Of a DNA stretch of 64,000 bases, positions 45,539 through 56,737 are shown one piece after another (the first letter of the stretch is position 1; each line of letters starts with the position of its first letter). Source of the stretch: Candidatus Bathyarchaeota archaeon (GTDB lineage Archaea; Thermoproteota; Bathyarchaeia; Bathyarchaeales; Bathycorpusculaceae); the NCBI GenBank assembly GCA_963720565.1, contig CAVRFW010000009.1, positions 160,001 to 224,000 of the forward strand, read 5' to 3'. A program made the translations under genes and the position numbers. Below the pieces are notes generated by a model, which had not been told where the DNA came from, searched no databases, and saw only the letters and a list, made by a program, of their open reading frames with translations.

Positions 45539-46821
45539 AGATCTGGAAAGCCTCGACGTTGCCTCCGTACTGGTTCAGAAGGCAACCCCCAGAGCGGAAA
45601 GTGGCAGAACAAATCGACAACGAGGTCAAAGCAATTATAGACAAAGTCGCGAAGAGCGGAGACTCCGCATTGTTTGAACTCGCAAACAGATTTGACAAAG
45701 CCCAAATAGACAGCCAAAATCTAAGGGTTTCCCCCAAAGAAATTGAAGAAGCCTATGATGAAGTCAGCGAAAAGCAGGTTTCCGCAATAAAGTTCATGAA
45801 AGATAAAGTAAGTTGCTTTGAAAAGAAAATCTTTAGCCAAGCCGGTTTCGAGACTTACAAAAACGATATCAAGGTCCAAAGCGTGCTTCGCCCAATCGAG
45901 AGTGTTGGTTGTTACGTTCCAGGAGGTCGAGCTGTTTATCCAAGCACACTAGTCATGACCGTGATCCCAGCCAAGGTAGCAGGAGTTCCGAGAATCGTTG
46001 TTTGCTCACCGCCAAACACCAGAGGCAAGGTGAATCCCTTAGTTCTGGTCGCGGCGGATATCTGCGGAGTGAACGAAATCTTCAAGGTTGGGGGAGCACA
46101 AGCAATTGCAGCCTTAGCTTATGGAACAAAAACTATCTCGCCGGTCAAGAAAATTGTTGGCCCTGGAAATAAATACGTTACTACGGCCAAGATTATGGTC
46201 TCAAAGGATGTGGCAATAGATATGCCCGCTGGACCCAGCGAGATATTGATTTTGGCCGATGAAACAGCCAATCCTGAGTTCATCGTTCTCGATATGATAT
46301 CTCAAGCTGAACACGGCTATGATAGCGTTGCTGGACTTATAACCACTTCGAAGGCAATCGCAGATGAAGTGCAACGTTCGCTTGAAGAAAAAACATGCGT
46401 TGTGAAACGTGCGGAAATTGTTGCAAAGTCTATAGAGAAATACGCTTTCATAATAACCTGCAACGAAATTGAAGAAGCCATCAAGTTAGCGAATGTTTTT
46501 GCTCCTGAACACATTGAAATAATGGCTTGTAACCCCCGAAAAATAGCAGAGAAAATTACATCAGCTGGACTTATCCTCATAGGACCCTATAGCCCTGTGG
46601 CTTTGAGCGATTACGGCAGCGGAACCAATCATGTTCTGCCCACAGGTGGTTTCGGGCATGTCTACTCAGGCTTATCTGCATTTGATTTCGCTAGAAGGAT
46701 AAGTATAGTTGAGAGTTCAAAAGAAGGATTGCTAAGCGTCGCCTCCCGTGTGAAGGTGATGACTGAAGCGGAAAACCTTCCTAATCACTACAAAGCCGTT
46801 GAAAAGAGGCTCAAGAAATGA
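45517..46821 (+). CDS. hisD: Histidinol dehydrogenase
   Basis: GCYVPGG, GGAQAIAALAYG, IDMPAGPSE, SQAEH, APEH, NHVLPT. Confidence 0.96.
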   Translation: MSNKAYVKIWKASTLPPYWFRRQPPERKVAEQIDNEVKAIIDKVAKSGDSALFELANRFDKAQIDSQNLRVSPKEIEEAYDEVSEKQVSAIKFMKDKVSCFEKKIFSQAGFETYKNDIKVQSVLRPIESVGCYVPGGRAVYPSTLVMTVIPAKVAGVPRIVVCSPPNTRGKVNPLVLVAADICGVNEIFKVGGAQAIAALAYGTKTISPVKKIVGPGNKYVTTAKIMVSKDVAIDMPAGPSEILILADETANPEFIVLDMISQAEHGYDSVAGLITTSKAIADEVQRSLEEKTCVVKRAEIVAKSIEKYAFIITCNEIEEAIKLANVFAPEHIEIMACNPRKIAEKITSAGLILIGPYSPVALSDYGSGTNHVLPTGGFGHVYSGLSAFDFARRISIVESSKEGLLSVASRVKVMTEAENLPNHYKAVEKRLKK

Positions 46822-47939
46822 ATCTGCAAAGCCAAAAGTGGCTGGATGAAAAGCTTGCAAGAATAGCTACACTCGAAAGCTATACCCCTGAAAAAACTGT
46901 TGAAGGCGTTGTGAAACAGTTCGGTCTTTCGCCTGGCGAGATTGTGAAACTTAACTTCAACGAAAACCTGTACATCCCAGGGGAAAAACTCGTTGTATTG
47001 ATGAAAGAAGTGGCGGAAGAGTGCGACTTGAGGCTCTATCCGCAAGAAGAAGAACAAAGACTGCGCGATGCCCTAGGTGACTACCTAAAACTTTCGCGGG
47101 TTTGCACAGCTGTCGGAAACTCGAGCGATGAAGTAATGGACAGAATCACCAGACTCTTCCTGGAGAAGGGCGACACAGCTGTCACGTTCTCGCCAACATT
47201 CAGCGTTTTCAAGTATTGTGTCCAATATCAAGGTGCAGGCTACATTGCGGTTCCACTGAAGAAGAGATTCAACCTCGATGTTGAGTCTATGGTTGCCGCA
47301 TTCACTCCTAAAACGAAGCTACTCTATCTGTGTTCCCCGAACAACCCAACTGGAAATCAGCTTGAACTTAAGGATGTTGAGGCTCTTATCGAGGTGTTCC
47401 CAGGCATCGTTATGGTTGACGAAGCATACGGAGAATATGCAGACTACTCCGTGATTCCCCTGATTAACAAATACGAAAACCTTGTTGTGCTGCGAACGTT
47501 CTCGAAAGCCTTCGGACTGGCAGGGCTAAGGCTTGGCTACGCCGTAGCAAATCCGACACTTGCTAACGCCATTAACAAGATACCTGCTCCTTACGCCATA
47601 AACGCTGTCACATTGACTATGGGCAGGAAACTCTTAGAAAACATTGCAATGGTGAGAGAAGCAGTCTCCGCGTCAAAGATTGAACGCGAAAAACTGACAA
47701 GATCCCTTAACGAGATAGCAGGCGTTGAAGCGTTCGATTCTTCAGCAAACTTTGTGCTGTTCAATGTAGGAAAACCATTTGAGGGTGTCTACCTGAACTT
47801 GCTTGAAAAGGGCTTGATAATCAAGAAGCTCGGAAGGCTCTTAGACTACAATAACTGCCTCAGAGTAACGGTGGGATTGCCTGAAATGAACGTAAGAATT
47901 CTAAACGCTCTTAGAGAGTATTTGAGTGATACACCATGA
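46818..47939 (+). CDS. hisC: Histidinol-phosphate aminotransferase
   Basis: NEN, SPNNPTG, VDEAY, RTFSKAFGLAGLRLG. Confidence 0.95.
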   Translation: MNLQSQKWLDEKLARIATLESYTPEKTVEGVVKQFGLSPGEIVKLNFNENLYIPGEKLVVLMKEVAEECDLRLYPQEEEQRLRDALGDYLKLSRVCTAVGNSSDEVMDRITRLFLEKGDTAVTFSPTFSVFKYCVQYQGAGYIAVPLKKRFNLDVESMVAAFTPKTKLLYLCSPNNPTGNQLELKDVEALIEVFPGIVMVDEAYGEYADYSVIPLINKYENLVVLRTFSKAFGLAGLRLGYAVANPTLANAINKIPAPYAINAVTLTMGRKLLENIAMVREAVSASKIEREKLTRSLNEIAGVEAFDSSANFVLFNVGKPFEGVYLNLLEKGLIIKKLGRLLDYNNCLRVTVGLPEMNVRILNALREYLSDTP

Positions 47940-48511
47940 GAGAAGACCAAGTTTACAGAAAAACAAAGGAAACAGAAGTCAAGTTGAAAGTAAACCTTGA
48001 CGGGGAAGGAAAAGTAGAAGCTAAAACGGGGATATCTTTCTTTGATCATATGCTTACTTCACTCGCGACACACAGCCTAATAGACATAACAGCCGAAGTG
48101 AAGGGCGATTTGAGGCATCATTCAGTCGAAGACCTTGCCATAGGCTTGGGAGAGGCACTGAATAAGGCATTAGGCAACAGAGAAGGAATAACCCGTTTCG
48201 GATACGCAATAACTCCCATGGATTGCTCCTTGGCGTTTGCAGCTGTGGATCTAGTCAAACGTCCATACTTCAAGGTTGACCTGAAATTAAGAGGTAAGAA
48301 AATCGAAGACATGACCACTGAAGACATCAACCACTTCTTTGAAACGCTTGCAACTTCGCTTTGCGCGAATATTCACATTTTTGTTCACTATGGCAGTAAC
48401 GACCATCACAAGGCAGAAGCAGCAATCAAAGCGCTCGCGCTTTCTCTAAGGCAGGCAGTAGCTTTCGACCAGAGAAGAAGAGGTGTGCCAAGCTCCAAAG
48501 GAGTTATTTAA
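47936..48511 (+). CDS. hisB: Imidazoleglycerol-phosphate dehydratase
   Basis: RKTKET, FFDHML, HHSVED, NDHHKAEA. Confidence 0.96.
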   Translation: MREDQVYRKTKETEVKLKVNLDGEGKVEAKTGISFFDHMLTSLATHSLIDITAEVKGDLRHHSVEDLAIGLGEALNKALGNREGITRFGYAITPMDCSLAFAAVDLVKRPYFKVDLKLRGKKIEDMTTEDINHFFETLATSLCANIHIFVHYGSNDHHKAEAAIKALALSLRQAVAFDQRRRGVPSSKGVI

Positions 48512-49116
48512 TGCCGGAAGTAGTCATATTTGACTATGGCGTTGGCAACCTTCTCAGCTTGAAATGCGCTCTAGAAAAAGTTGGAGTTGAAGCAAAAATC
48601 AGCGTATTCCCAAAACACCTAAAAAACGCAGATGCCATAGCCTTACCCGGAGTAGGCAACTTTTCAGCTGCCATTTCAAGACTTGACACCGTAAAAGATG
48701 CGCTACTTGAAGCAGTTGAAAGAGGAACGCCACTCATAGGAATATGCCTCGGTTTGCAGTTGTTCTTTCAGCAAAGCGAAGAAGGTCCAGGAGCAGGCTT
48801 AGCACTATTTAATGGCAAGAATATTAAGTTAAAAGGTTCCGTTAAGGTGCCGCATATGGGTTGGAATACGCTCCGAATAACAAAACAAAACGAGCTTTTT
48901 GAAGGCGTTGGTGACGGGTCTTACGTGTACTTTGTCCACTCGCATTACCCGGTGCCTGCTGATGAACGGATTGTGGCGGCAGAAACGGAATATGACGTAA
49001 CTTTCACTTCAGCCGTCGTCAGCGAGAATGTTTACGGTACTCAATTTCACCCCGAGAAATCAGGCGACATAGGATTGAAAATTCTGAGCAACTTCGCCAA
49101 AATAATACGCAGGTGA
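48511..49116 (+). CDS. hisH: IGP synthase glutaminase subunit
   Basis: DYGVGNL, PGVG, GICLG, PHMGWN, QFHPEKS. Confidence 0.96.
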   Translation: MPEVVIFDYGVGNLLSLKCALEKVGVEAKISVFPKHLKNADAIALPGVGNFSAAISRLDTVKDALLEAVERGTPLIGICLGLQLFFQQSEEGPGAGLALFNGKNIKLKGSVKVPHMGWNTLRITKQNELFEGVGDGSYVYFVHSHYPVPADERIVAAETEYDVTFTSAVVSENVYGTQFHPEKSGDIGLKILSNFAKIIRR

Positions 49117-49850
49117 AACGTGACTTGCAGGTAATTCCGGCAATCGATTTGATGAACGGCAAGATTGTCCGATTATCCCGCGGCGACCCAAAAACCGCAA
49201 AGAGTTATGGTCAATTCGGCGGTCCTGTTGAAACTGCAAACAGGTGGAAACAAGAAGGTGCCGAGAAACTGCATATCATTGATTTGGACGCGGCTTTTGG
49301 CCTCGGGAACAATCTCAAGTCAATACTGGAAATCGCGAATAACTTGTCTTTGCCCATTCAGGTTGGTGGCGGTCTCCGAAAAACAGAAGACATCGAAAGA
49401 ATGCTTAGACTCGGAGTAAGCCAAGTCATTCTAGGCGCTTTGGCATTTAGCAAACCACAGACATTAACGCATATTCAAAAGAAATTTGGAGAGAGCAGAG
49501 TGATAGTCGCTTTAGATAATAGGGATGGACAAATAATGATTGAAGGATGGAAAACTCCAGCAGGTTCCGGTATGAAAGAAGCGATGGAAAGATTCACTGC
49601 ACTAGGTATTAGCACGTTTCTCGTTACTTCCATAACAAAGGATGGTATGCTTTCCGGACCCGATGTTGAAACACTAAGCGAAGCATGCAAGCACGTGAAT
49701 GCAAAGGTTATTGCTGCCGGCGGCATAGGTCGCTTGGATGATTTGACGATTTTGAAGAAAATCGGCATCGAAGGCGTCGTGATTGGCAAAGCCCTCTACG
49801 AGGGTAGATTCACGCTGAAAGAAGCTATAGAAACTGCGGGAGGAACTTAG
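49113..49850 (+). CDS. hisA: ProFAR isomerase
   Basis: [40 protein letters not shown]. Confidence 0.95.
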   Translation: MKRDLQVIPAIDLMNGKIVRLSRGDPKTAKSYGQFGGPVETANRWKQEGAEKLHIIDLDAAFGLGNNLKSILEIANNLSLPIQVGGGLRKTEDIERMLRLGVSQVILGALAFSKPQTLTHIQKKFGESRVIVALDNRDGQIMIEGWKTPAGSGMKEAMERFTALGISTFLVTSITKDGMLSGPDVETLSEACKHVNAKVIAAGGIGRLDDLTILKKIGIEGVVIGKALYEGRFTLKEAIETAGGT

Positions 49851-49851
49851 A

Positions 49852-50655
49852 GTGACTTTAGCGAAACGTATAGTTCCATGTTTGGATGTGGAATCTGGAA
49901 AAGTCGTGAAAGGAATAAACTTTCTGAACCTCAGAAGAGCAGGTGACCCCGTCGAGTTGGCCAAGAGGTACTCTGATGAAGGTGCGGACGAGCTTGTGTT
50001 TCTTGACATAACGGCATCGTCGGAAAACAGAGATATACTGCGAGTCGTCGTTGAGGGCGTGGCGAGGGCAATCAACATACCGTTCACCGTAGGTGGAGGA
50101 ATACGCAGTGTTTCGGATGCCAGGCTCGTACTTTGCAGCGGGGCAGACAAGGTTTCAGTGAATACGGCAGCGGTTGAAAACCCACAACTGGTAACAAAAC
50201 TCGCCGAAGTCTTCGGACAACAATGCGTGGTAGTGGCCATTGACGCGAAAAGAAGACGCGATCAAACTGATGGAAAGGTAACAGTGGAAACGCGCGAAGG
50301 TCCAGTTTGGTTTGAGGTCTACACGTATGGAGGAAGAAAACCGACCGGTAAAGACGCGGTACAATGGGCTCTCAATGCTGTGGAGCTAGGCGCAGGAGAG
50401 TTTCTAGTAACCTCCATGGATAGGGACGGAACAGAGGATGGCTACGACTTAGAACTGACCCGCACAATTTCAGAAAGAGTGAATATCCCGATAATCGCAA
50501 GCGGTGGAGCTGGCAGACCTGAACATTTCCTCGAAGTGTTCACGAAAGGCAAAGCTGACGCGGCATTGGCAGCGTCTGTATTTCACTACAACAAGTATCC
50601 TGTTCCTGTGTTAAAAGCGTTCTTGGAAAAGCAGGGAGTTGTGGTTAGACATTGA
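49852..50655 (+). CDS. hisF: IGP synthase cyclase subunit
   Basis: [42 protein letters not shown]. Confidence 0.96.
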   Translation: MTLAKRIVPCLDVESGKVVKGINFLNLRRAGDPVELAKRYSDEGADELVFLDITASSENRDILRVVVEGVARAINIPFTVGGGIRSVSDARLVLCSGADKVSVNTAAVENPQLVTKLAEVFGQQCVVVAIDAKRRRDQTDGKVTVETREGPVWFEVYTYGGRKPTGKDAVQWALNAVELGAGEFLVTSMDRDGTEDGYDLELTRTISERVNIPIIASGGAGRPEHFLEVFTKGKADAALAASVFHYNKYPVPVLKAFLEKQGVVVRH

Positions 50656-50984
50656 AAAATGATGATTTGTTCAAAAAACTTGATTTCAATAAGGGTAATG
50701 GCCTTATCCCAGTGATTGTTCAGGAAGCAGATACGAAGGAATTGCTAATGCTAGCTTACGCGAACGAAGAAGCGCTTAGAAAGACTCTGAGCACGGGATA
50801 CGCGCATTACTGGAGTCGTTCTCGGAATAAGCTGTGGCTGAAAGGCGAGACCTCAGGGCACACGCAGAAAATCAAGAGTATCCTAACAGACTGCGACTAC
50901 GACACGCTGTTGTACATAGTAGAACAGAAGGGTCCTCCATGCCACACTGGGAAAGACACATGTTTCCATAACAAGCTAAAATAA
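50652..50984 (+). CDS. hisI: Phosphoribosyl-AMP cyclohydrolase
   Basis: [25 protein letters not shown]...CF. Confidence 0.95.
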   Translation: MKNDDLFKKLDFNKGNGLIPVIVQEADTKELLMLAYANEEALRKTLSTGYAHYWSRSRNKLWLKGETSGHTQKIKSILTDCDYDTLLYIVEQKGPPCHTGKDTCFHNKLK

Positions 50985-51063
50985 TAGACAATAGTTTTAA
51001 AGAAAAAACACTATTCCTAGTGGGGAGAATAATTCAGCTTTTATACGGATTGGTGAAGACTAA

Positions 51064-52119
51064 ATGACACTTCATGAAGCGATGCTTTACAAAAAGCAGA
51101 ATGACAAAAAAGTCAAGTGCCATTTATGCGCTCGCCGTTGCCTCATAAATGAAGGTGCAACTGGGTTTTGTTTGGTGAGAAAAAATGAAGGTGGAACCCT
51201 TTTCACTCTTAATTATGGCAAAGCAGTGTCAGCAGCTGTCGACCCAATAGGCAAGAAACCGTTGTCCCACTTCCACCCTGGCGCTCAGGTGATGTCTATC
51301 GCTGCGGCCGGCTGCAATTTCCGCTGTCAATTCTGTGACAACTGGATGGTCAGCCAAGACAAGGAAATCGGCGGTAAACCTTTTTCTTCCGCAGATGTCG
51401 TGAAGATGGCAAGAGAGAGAAATTGCCACGGAATCAGCTACACCTACACAGAACCGACGATTTACATGGAGTACGCTTATGACACGGCGAAACTCGCCCA
51501 TCAAGTCGGTTTCTTCAACAATTTTGTGACTAATGGATACATGACGCCTGAAGCCGTTAAGGTAATCGCCCCATACTTAGATGCGGCAACAGTTGACTTC
51601 AAAGCAGGAGGAGACCCTGACTTCTACAAGAACGTCTCTGCCGTCCCTGATGTAACGCCCATTTATGAAGCATTAAAAGAACTAAAACTAAACGATGTCC
51701 ACATCGAAATCACGAATTTGGTCATACCTAAGACAGGCGATTCTCTGGATAAAATACGCGATATGGCCATGTGGATTAAGAACTACCTGGGAAAAGATAC
51801 ACCTTTTCACCTGTTGCGTTTTCACCCAGACTACAAAATGACAACAGTTCCCGCAACACCTGTAGAAACTTTGGAAAAAGCGTATATGGTGGCAAAGGAG
51901 GCTGGACTAAACTACGCGTATCTTGGCAATGTACCAGGGCATCCAGCAGAGAATACTTACTGCCCAAACTGCAATGAACTTTTGATTAAAAGGTACAGTT
52001 TTGAGATCACCCGCTGGAACCTGACGAAGGGTATGCAATGTCCCGTTTGCAATCATCAGATTCCAATTAGGGGGAATCTGCATCCAGCAGGCGCTTCTTT
52101 TCCATATGCCTTGTTTTAA
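51064..52119 (+). CDS. amrS: AmmeMemoRadiSam-system radical SAM enzyme
   Basis: CHLCARRC...GFCLVR, DPIGKKPL.HF.PG, GCNFRCQFC, RFHPDY, YLGNV, C-terminal CPNC/CPVC. Confidence 0.88.
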   Translation: MTLHEAMLYKKQNDKKVKCHLCARRCLINEGATGFCLVRKNEGGTLFTLNYGKAVSAAVDPIGKKPLSHFHPGAQVMSIAAAGCNFRCQFCDNWMVSQDKEIGGKPFSSADVVKMARERNCHGISYTYTEPTIYMEYAYDTAKLAHQVGFFNNFVTNGYMTPEAVKVIAPYLDAATVDFKAGGDPDFYKNVSAVPDVTPIYEALKELKLNDVHIEITNLVIPKTGDSLDKIRDMAMWIKNYLGKDTPFHLLRFHPDYKMTTVPATPVETLEKAYMVAKEAGLNYAYLGNVPGHPAENTYCPNCNELLIKRYSFEITRWNLTKGMQCPVCNHQIPIRGNLHPAGASFPYALF

Positions 52120-52172
52120 TACGTCAACAACTTCAATGTTAGAAGAGGCTTATATGGAGGCTTTGCGTTCTG

Positions 52173-53237
52173 ATGCTGTCGCTTTCAAATAACGAATCGG
52201 CGAAGAAAAGTCTAGCCAGATACTTCGCCGTTGTGAGGAACGAGAAACCAGCAAGGTTCCTACTGGCTAAAAAGCTTTCAGCCGAGTTCAGCAAAGACGA
52301 TTCGATTGAAGAGCTTTGGGCAATCCACGCAAGATGCATCGAGGAGTTAGCTAGAATTGAACGGGAAACAGGCGAAGGGGCAGTTTTTCCTGAAAGCCAC
52401 ACTCCGGAAAAGTCCTTCTTTGACCTTAAGATCGAAATTGCAGGAAGGCTTTTTCAAGTGTGTCATTTCTGCAGTCGTAGATGTAACGTTGATAGATCCA
52501 AGGGTGAGGTTGGCTACTGTAGATGTGGCGACTCGATGGAGGTGTCCAGCATTTTTGGACATTTAGGTGAGGAACCGGAGCTTGTGCCATCTGGAACAGT
52601 ATTTACGCTTGGCTGCAATATGCGCTGTTGTTTCTGCCAAAACTGGACAATCAGCCAATGGGTGGAAACCGGAGCAAAACTAAAGCCAGAAGACTTAGCT
52701 ATGAACGTCGCGCGTTTGCGTTTGGAAGGTTGTAGAAACGTAAATCTTGTGGGTGGAGAGCCAACGCCATGGATTTTGCAATGGCTAAAAACCTTCAAGT
52801 ACGTTAACGAGAATTTGCCTATTGTCTGGAACTCTAACGCTTACTATAGTCCAGAAACAGCCGAGCTCTTAGCGGGTTTTGCAGACGTTTACCTCTTAGA
52901 TTTCAAGTACGGACCAGGAAATTGCGCTCAAAGAATCTCTAGCGCTCCTGACTACTGGTCAACCTGCACCGAAAACCATGCGAAAGCCAAGAAGAACGGA
53001 GAATTAATAACACGAGTTCTCGTCCTTCCAAATCATCTGGATTGTTGCACCAAAGCGACACTCAACTGGATAGCTGAAAACTTGGGTGATGAAACGAGAG
53101 TAAACCTCATGTTCCAATATAGACCAGAATGGCGCGCTAATACCTTACCGGAGTTAAACAGAAGACTTACCGAGAAGGAACGCAAGAAAGCGATAGAAAT
53201 AGCTCAAGAATCAGGGTTGAAGAACTTCATAAAATAG
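52173..53237 (+). CDS. PflX-type radical SAM protein
   Basis: CHFCSRRC, HLGEEPELVPSGTVF, GCNMRCCFCQN, GGEPTP, DFKYG, MFQYRP. Start uncertain. Confidence 0.85.
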   Translation: MLSLSNNESAKKSLARYFAVVRNEKPARFLLAKKLSAEFSKDDSIEELWAIHARCIEELARIERETGEGAVFPESHTPEKSFFDLKIEIAGRLFQVCHFCSRRCNVDRSKGEVGYCRCGDSMEVSSIFGHLGEEPELVPSGTVFTLGCNMRCCFCQNWTISQWVETGAKLKPEDLAMNVARLRLEGCRNVNLVGGEPTPWILQWLKTFKYVNENLPIVWNSNAYYSPETAELLAGFADVYLLDFKYGPGNCAQRISSAPDYWSTCTENHAKAKKNGELITRVLVLPNHLDCCTKATLNWIAENLGDETRVNLMFQYRPEWRANTLPELNRRLTEKERKKAIEIAQESGLKNFIK

Positions 53238-53392
53238 TCCACGTCCAAAAATAATGACTGTACAGCCCAACAAGCAGCTATCCTATTACTGTTCGCCCGA
53301 GTATAATGAACACACTAATTTGACTCAGGAGCCAATTAAGCCTTTTATAATAATTGGCGCAAGAATGTGCTTCTGTGTAAGTGATTGTATCA

Positions 53393-54250
53393 ATGGTGAA
53401 GTATCATGCGCTGGCTGTAGCTACAAAATTCTGGAAGCCAGGGGACAATTACCTAGACATAATTATCACCGCCGTAGACAAAAAACTGGAAAACGGTGAC
53501 TTCGTGGTTGTTTCAGAAAAGGCTCTCTCAACCTCCATGGGCAGAATTGCTGATGAAAGCACCGTCAGCCCAAGCCTAACTGCGAGGCTTCTCTCTCGGT
53601 TGTGGATGCAAATAATGTGGGGATATATTCTCGGAGCACTATGCCACTTTGGACAACGTTTGCTGCAGAGGCTTAGGCGATACCCACTCGAATATGGAAG
53701 CCGCCACAAACAAGTCACGCTGCAAAACGCTGGATTTCTCCAGTCACTGATGTTTGGTTCTGAAGGGGGAATCGACGGCTCCAATCTGCCTTACTCTTAC
53801 GTCAGTTTACCCTTAACCGAAGCATCTTCAGTAGCGGAAACAATTCAGCGTCGAATCCTGCGAGATCTCAAAAAACGCGTTTGCGTTATAATAGTGGACA
53901 CGGACAAAACCTACACCTTCAGGAACTTCAATTTCACTCCGCGACCAAAACCGTTGAAAGGCATTCACTCTTCTGCAGCTGTAGCCGCGTATATCATTGG
54001 TCGCGCGTTAAGGTTTAAGAAGAGATCAACCCCTCTTGCTGTAGCTGGATGTCACCTGCAGGCAATAGACGCTTTGAGAATCTCCAACATCGCTGACAGG
54101 ATCAGAGGTCCTGGTTCAGGCGCGACGGTTTGGGACATGGCTTCAAGGTTTAACGTCTCTGTTACAGATGTAAGCTGGGAAATGCTTGAGAAAGTCTGCC
54201 ACAAACCCATAGTCATCGTGAGATATGAGTCAACTGATCAACAAAAGTAG
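53393..54250 (+). CDS. F420-0:gamma-glutamyl ligase (CofE)-like protein
   Basis: DFVVVSEKA, GGIDGSN, VIIVDTD, PIVIVR. Confidence 0.78.
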   Translation: MVKYHALAVATKFWKPGDNYLDIIITAVDKKLENGDFVVVSEKALSTSMGRIADESTVSPSLTARLLSRLWMQIMWGYILGALCHFGQRLLQRLRRYPLEYGSRHKQVTLQNAGFLQSLMFGSEGGIDGSNLPYSYVSLPLTEASSVAETIQRRILRDLKKRVCVIIVDTDKTYTFRNFNFTPRPKPLKGIHSSAAVAAYIIGRALRFKKRSTPLAVAGCHLQAIDALRISNIADRIRGPGSGATVWDMASRFNVSVTDVSWEMLEKVCHKPIVIVRYESTDQQK

Positions 54251-54301
54251 CGACGGTGATAGAGCAAAGAATAAACCTACCTTAGCCATAAAGGAAACGC
54301 T

Positions 54302-55816
54302 GTGACACTTATGGAAGAAACGAAGGAACTAGGTTTCTTCTTCAACCCCTGCTCAGTTGCCGTGGTCGGGGCAACCAGAAAAGAAGAAAAAGCTGGAAAC
54401 GTGATTTTTAGGAATTTTGCGACAAACAAATGTCGCGGAATCTTCAAGGGAAACATTTATCCTGTAAACCCTAACGAGAACTCAATCCTCGGGTTCAAAT
54501 GTTACCCGACCCTAATCGACATTCCTGAAGAACTCGACCTCGTCGTAATCGCTGTCCCCGCAAAAGTTGTTCCAAAGATTATGGAAGAAGCTGCCTCAAA
54601 CAAAGCCAAGACTGCAATAATAATCACTTCAGGTTTTAGAGAAATCGGAAATATTGAACTCGAAGAGCAAATTGTCGCCACTGCTAAGAAAAGCGGAATC
54701 CGCATTCTTGGACCCAACTGCCTTGGCGTTTTTTACTCCAAAACAGGCGTAGACACGCTCTTTCTGCCCGAAACGAAGATGTTAACCTCGGGCGATGAAA
54801 TAATCGCAACGCCAAGACCGCTCTTCGGAGACATAACCATAGTCACGCAGAGTGGAGCCTTCGGCGTCGCTGCCCTAGACTTCCTTACAGGACGCCAGAT
54901 TGGAATCAGCAAATTCGTCAGTTTTGGCAACAAATGCGACGTAACAGAATCTGAAATGATGCACTACATGCTATACGACAAGGAGACTACCGTCATACTC
55001 CTATACGTGGAAGACATTAAACACGGAAGAGATTTTCTTCGATTAGCCAAGAAAGTAACCCTGAAAAAGCCAATAGTAGCCCTAAAAGCGGGAAGAAGCG
55101 CCGCGGGCGCCAGAGCTGCCTCCTCACACACAGGAGCAATTGCGGGGTCAGACAAGGTGTATGACGCTGCTTTTGAAAAAACAGGGGTCATCCGAGCGAG
55201 AGACATGGAAGAATTCTTCGACAATGGAAAAGCATTGTCTATGCAGCCCCCAGCAAAAGGAAAAAACATCGGAATACTCACAGACGCTGGCGGTCCGGGC
55301 ATAATGGCCGTAGACGAATGCGAAAATAACGGCTTGAAAGTAGAAAGCTTTTCAGAAGATACACTGCAGAAGTACCAGAAACTCAAAGACCAAGGTGTGC
55401 TGCCTAGATTTGCAGCTGCCTCCAATCCAGTTGACCTCACTGGTTCAGCGACCGATGAAATGTTCGAAGTAGCGGCGGAGTTGATGTTTCAGGCACCTGA
55501 AGTTGAGGGAATAATCCTACTTGGACTCCACCACCTGCCGTCTCTCCAAGAAAAATACATCGATGGCGTCGCGAAAGTGGCCTGCAACTACGACAAGCCC
55601 ATTGTAATGTGCGACATCGGCGAGACAGAAATGGCTTTGTATACTCGTTTCAGATTTGACAAGTTAGGCATTCCTTCTTTTCCTTCACCGGAAGACGCTG
55701 CAAGGGCCATGGCTGCGCTGGTGAAATATGGTGCTTACTTGAAGAAGAACGGGTGTCTCGACGAACACATAAGCGAATTCTTAAAGAGAAAAGCCAAGCC
55801 TAGTTTCCTATTCTAG
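54302..55816 (+). CDS. acdA: ADP-forming acyl/acetyl-CoA synthetase alpha subunit
   Basis: SVAVVGA, YPVNP, GPNCLG, QSGA, SHTGAIAG phospho-His, NPVDLTG. Confidence 0.92.
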   Translation: MTLMEETKELGFFFNPCSVAVVGATRKEEKAGNVIFRNFATNKCRGIFKGNIYPVNPNENSILGFKCYPTLIDIPEELDLVVIAVPAKVVPKIMEEAASNKAKTAIIITSGFREIGNIELEEQIVATAKKSGIRILGPNCLGVFYSKTGVDTLFLPETKMLTSGDEIIATPRPLFGDITIVTQSGAFGVAALDFLTGRQIGISKFVSFGNKCDVTESEMMHYMLYDKETTVILLYVEDIKHGRDFLRLAKKVTLKKPIVALKAGRSAAGARAASSHTGAIAGSDKVYDAAFEKTGVIRARDMEEFFDNGKALSMQPPAKGKNIGILTDAGGPGIMAVDECENNGLKVESFSEDTLQKYQKLKDQGVLPRFAAASNPVDLTGSATDEMFEVAAELMFQAPEVEGIILLGLHHLPSLQEKYIDGVAKVACNYDKPIVMCDIGETEMALYTRFRFDKLGIPSFPSPEDAARAMAALVKYGAYLKKNGCLDEHISEFLKRKAKPSFLF

Positions 55817-56274
55817 AAATCAACAGTAACTGTAATACTGTTGCCATCTCGGAGCTTCAACTTCTCCCTCAGGTTTTCAGCGGCTATAATCTCTAAGCAG
55901 TCTTCGGGATAATTGGTTACTTCTGGAATTATAATTGCGCATTTCAGTTTGCCCAGTTGCGCTTTGTAGAGCATTCCGCTGGAATAGCCTTCGACAGGGC
56001 AAATTTCTGTCGAAGATACTGTTTCAAGCAGTTTTTTGCGTTTTGTACTTTCTTCCGAAAGAATCAGGTTCAGGGTCCCTGGGTAGGGAGCAAAGCAGAG
56101 TTTTTCTTCGATTTGATGTCTGACCCATGGTAGCGACACGAATTTTTCGCCCTCTCTTGCTCCCGAGAAAATTTTGCCCGTGAGTTTTATTCTCTTCAAC
56201 AAGGGAGAAAGCCCCTGAGAAATCATTGGTTTGCGTTCTTGTTCATGAATTGCTATTTTTGTTCTTTTAGCCAC
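55813..56274 (-). CDS. ribK: CTP-dependent riboflavin kinase (start probably further downstream)
   Basis: GKIFSGAREG, PYPGTLN, LEIIA..NLR..L.DG. Confidence 0.88.
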   Translation of the reverse strand: MAKRTKIAIHEQERKPMISQGLSPLLKRIKLTGKIFSGAREGEKFVSLPWVRHQIEEKLCFAPYPGTLNLILSEESTKRKKLLETVSSTEICPVEGYSSGMLYKAQLGKLKCAIIIPEVTNYPEDCLEIIAAENLREKLKLRDGNSITVTVDF

Positions 56275-56621
56275 TGTGCGACTTTTCTTAGAACGGGATC
56301 AGTGGATATGTCAATAACAGGGACAATCATTTTTTCTTTGGTTTCTATTGTTGGAGCGTACTTTGGCATAATTGAGTAACCAACAAACGTCCAGTAGACT
56401 CTGCCTGTCTCAATCAGCATCTTTGCGACTGTTGCTGTCGAAGCGGGAAGCGGAAAATAGAGAAAAACGACACCGTCTACCCAATAAAGTCCAGCTAATT
56501 TGCCGCCGGCGATTACGGATGTGAAGCGGGCAATATCATCGGGTGTGGGAAATTGGGTTTTTTCCATTATGACAATTTCTTTGAAGGGTTCATATTTGAC
56601 CGAGACTTCGTTTTTGTTCAT
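56253..56621 (-). CDS. Conserved-looking archaeal hypothetical protein
   Basis: 122-aa ATG ORF with GGTGA upstream, co-oriented with ribK. Confidence 0.7.
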   Translation of the reverse strand: MNKNEVSVKYEPFKEIVIMEKTQFPTPDDIARFTSVIAGGKLAGLYWVDGVVFLYFPLPASTATVAKMLIETGRVYWTFVGYSIMPKYAPTIETKEKMIVPVIDISTDPVLRKVAQWLKEQK

Positions 56622-56737
56622 AAACCGTTCACCGAGCTACCGTGATAGTGTGCGGAGTTCCCTTTTAATATTATTGTCTTCTAGAAAAAGTTATAGAGCA
56701 GACAACCATTAAGCCTTGAACAACAGAGGTTAACGGC

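Noticed and set aside
52150..52192. Possible extra frameshift at the 5' end of the PflX-type gene (LRSDAVA in another frame)
   Set aside because: Rests only on my recollection of homologue N-termini; an alignment is needed.
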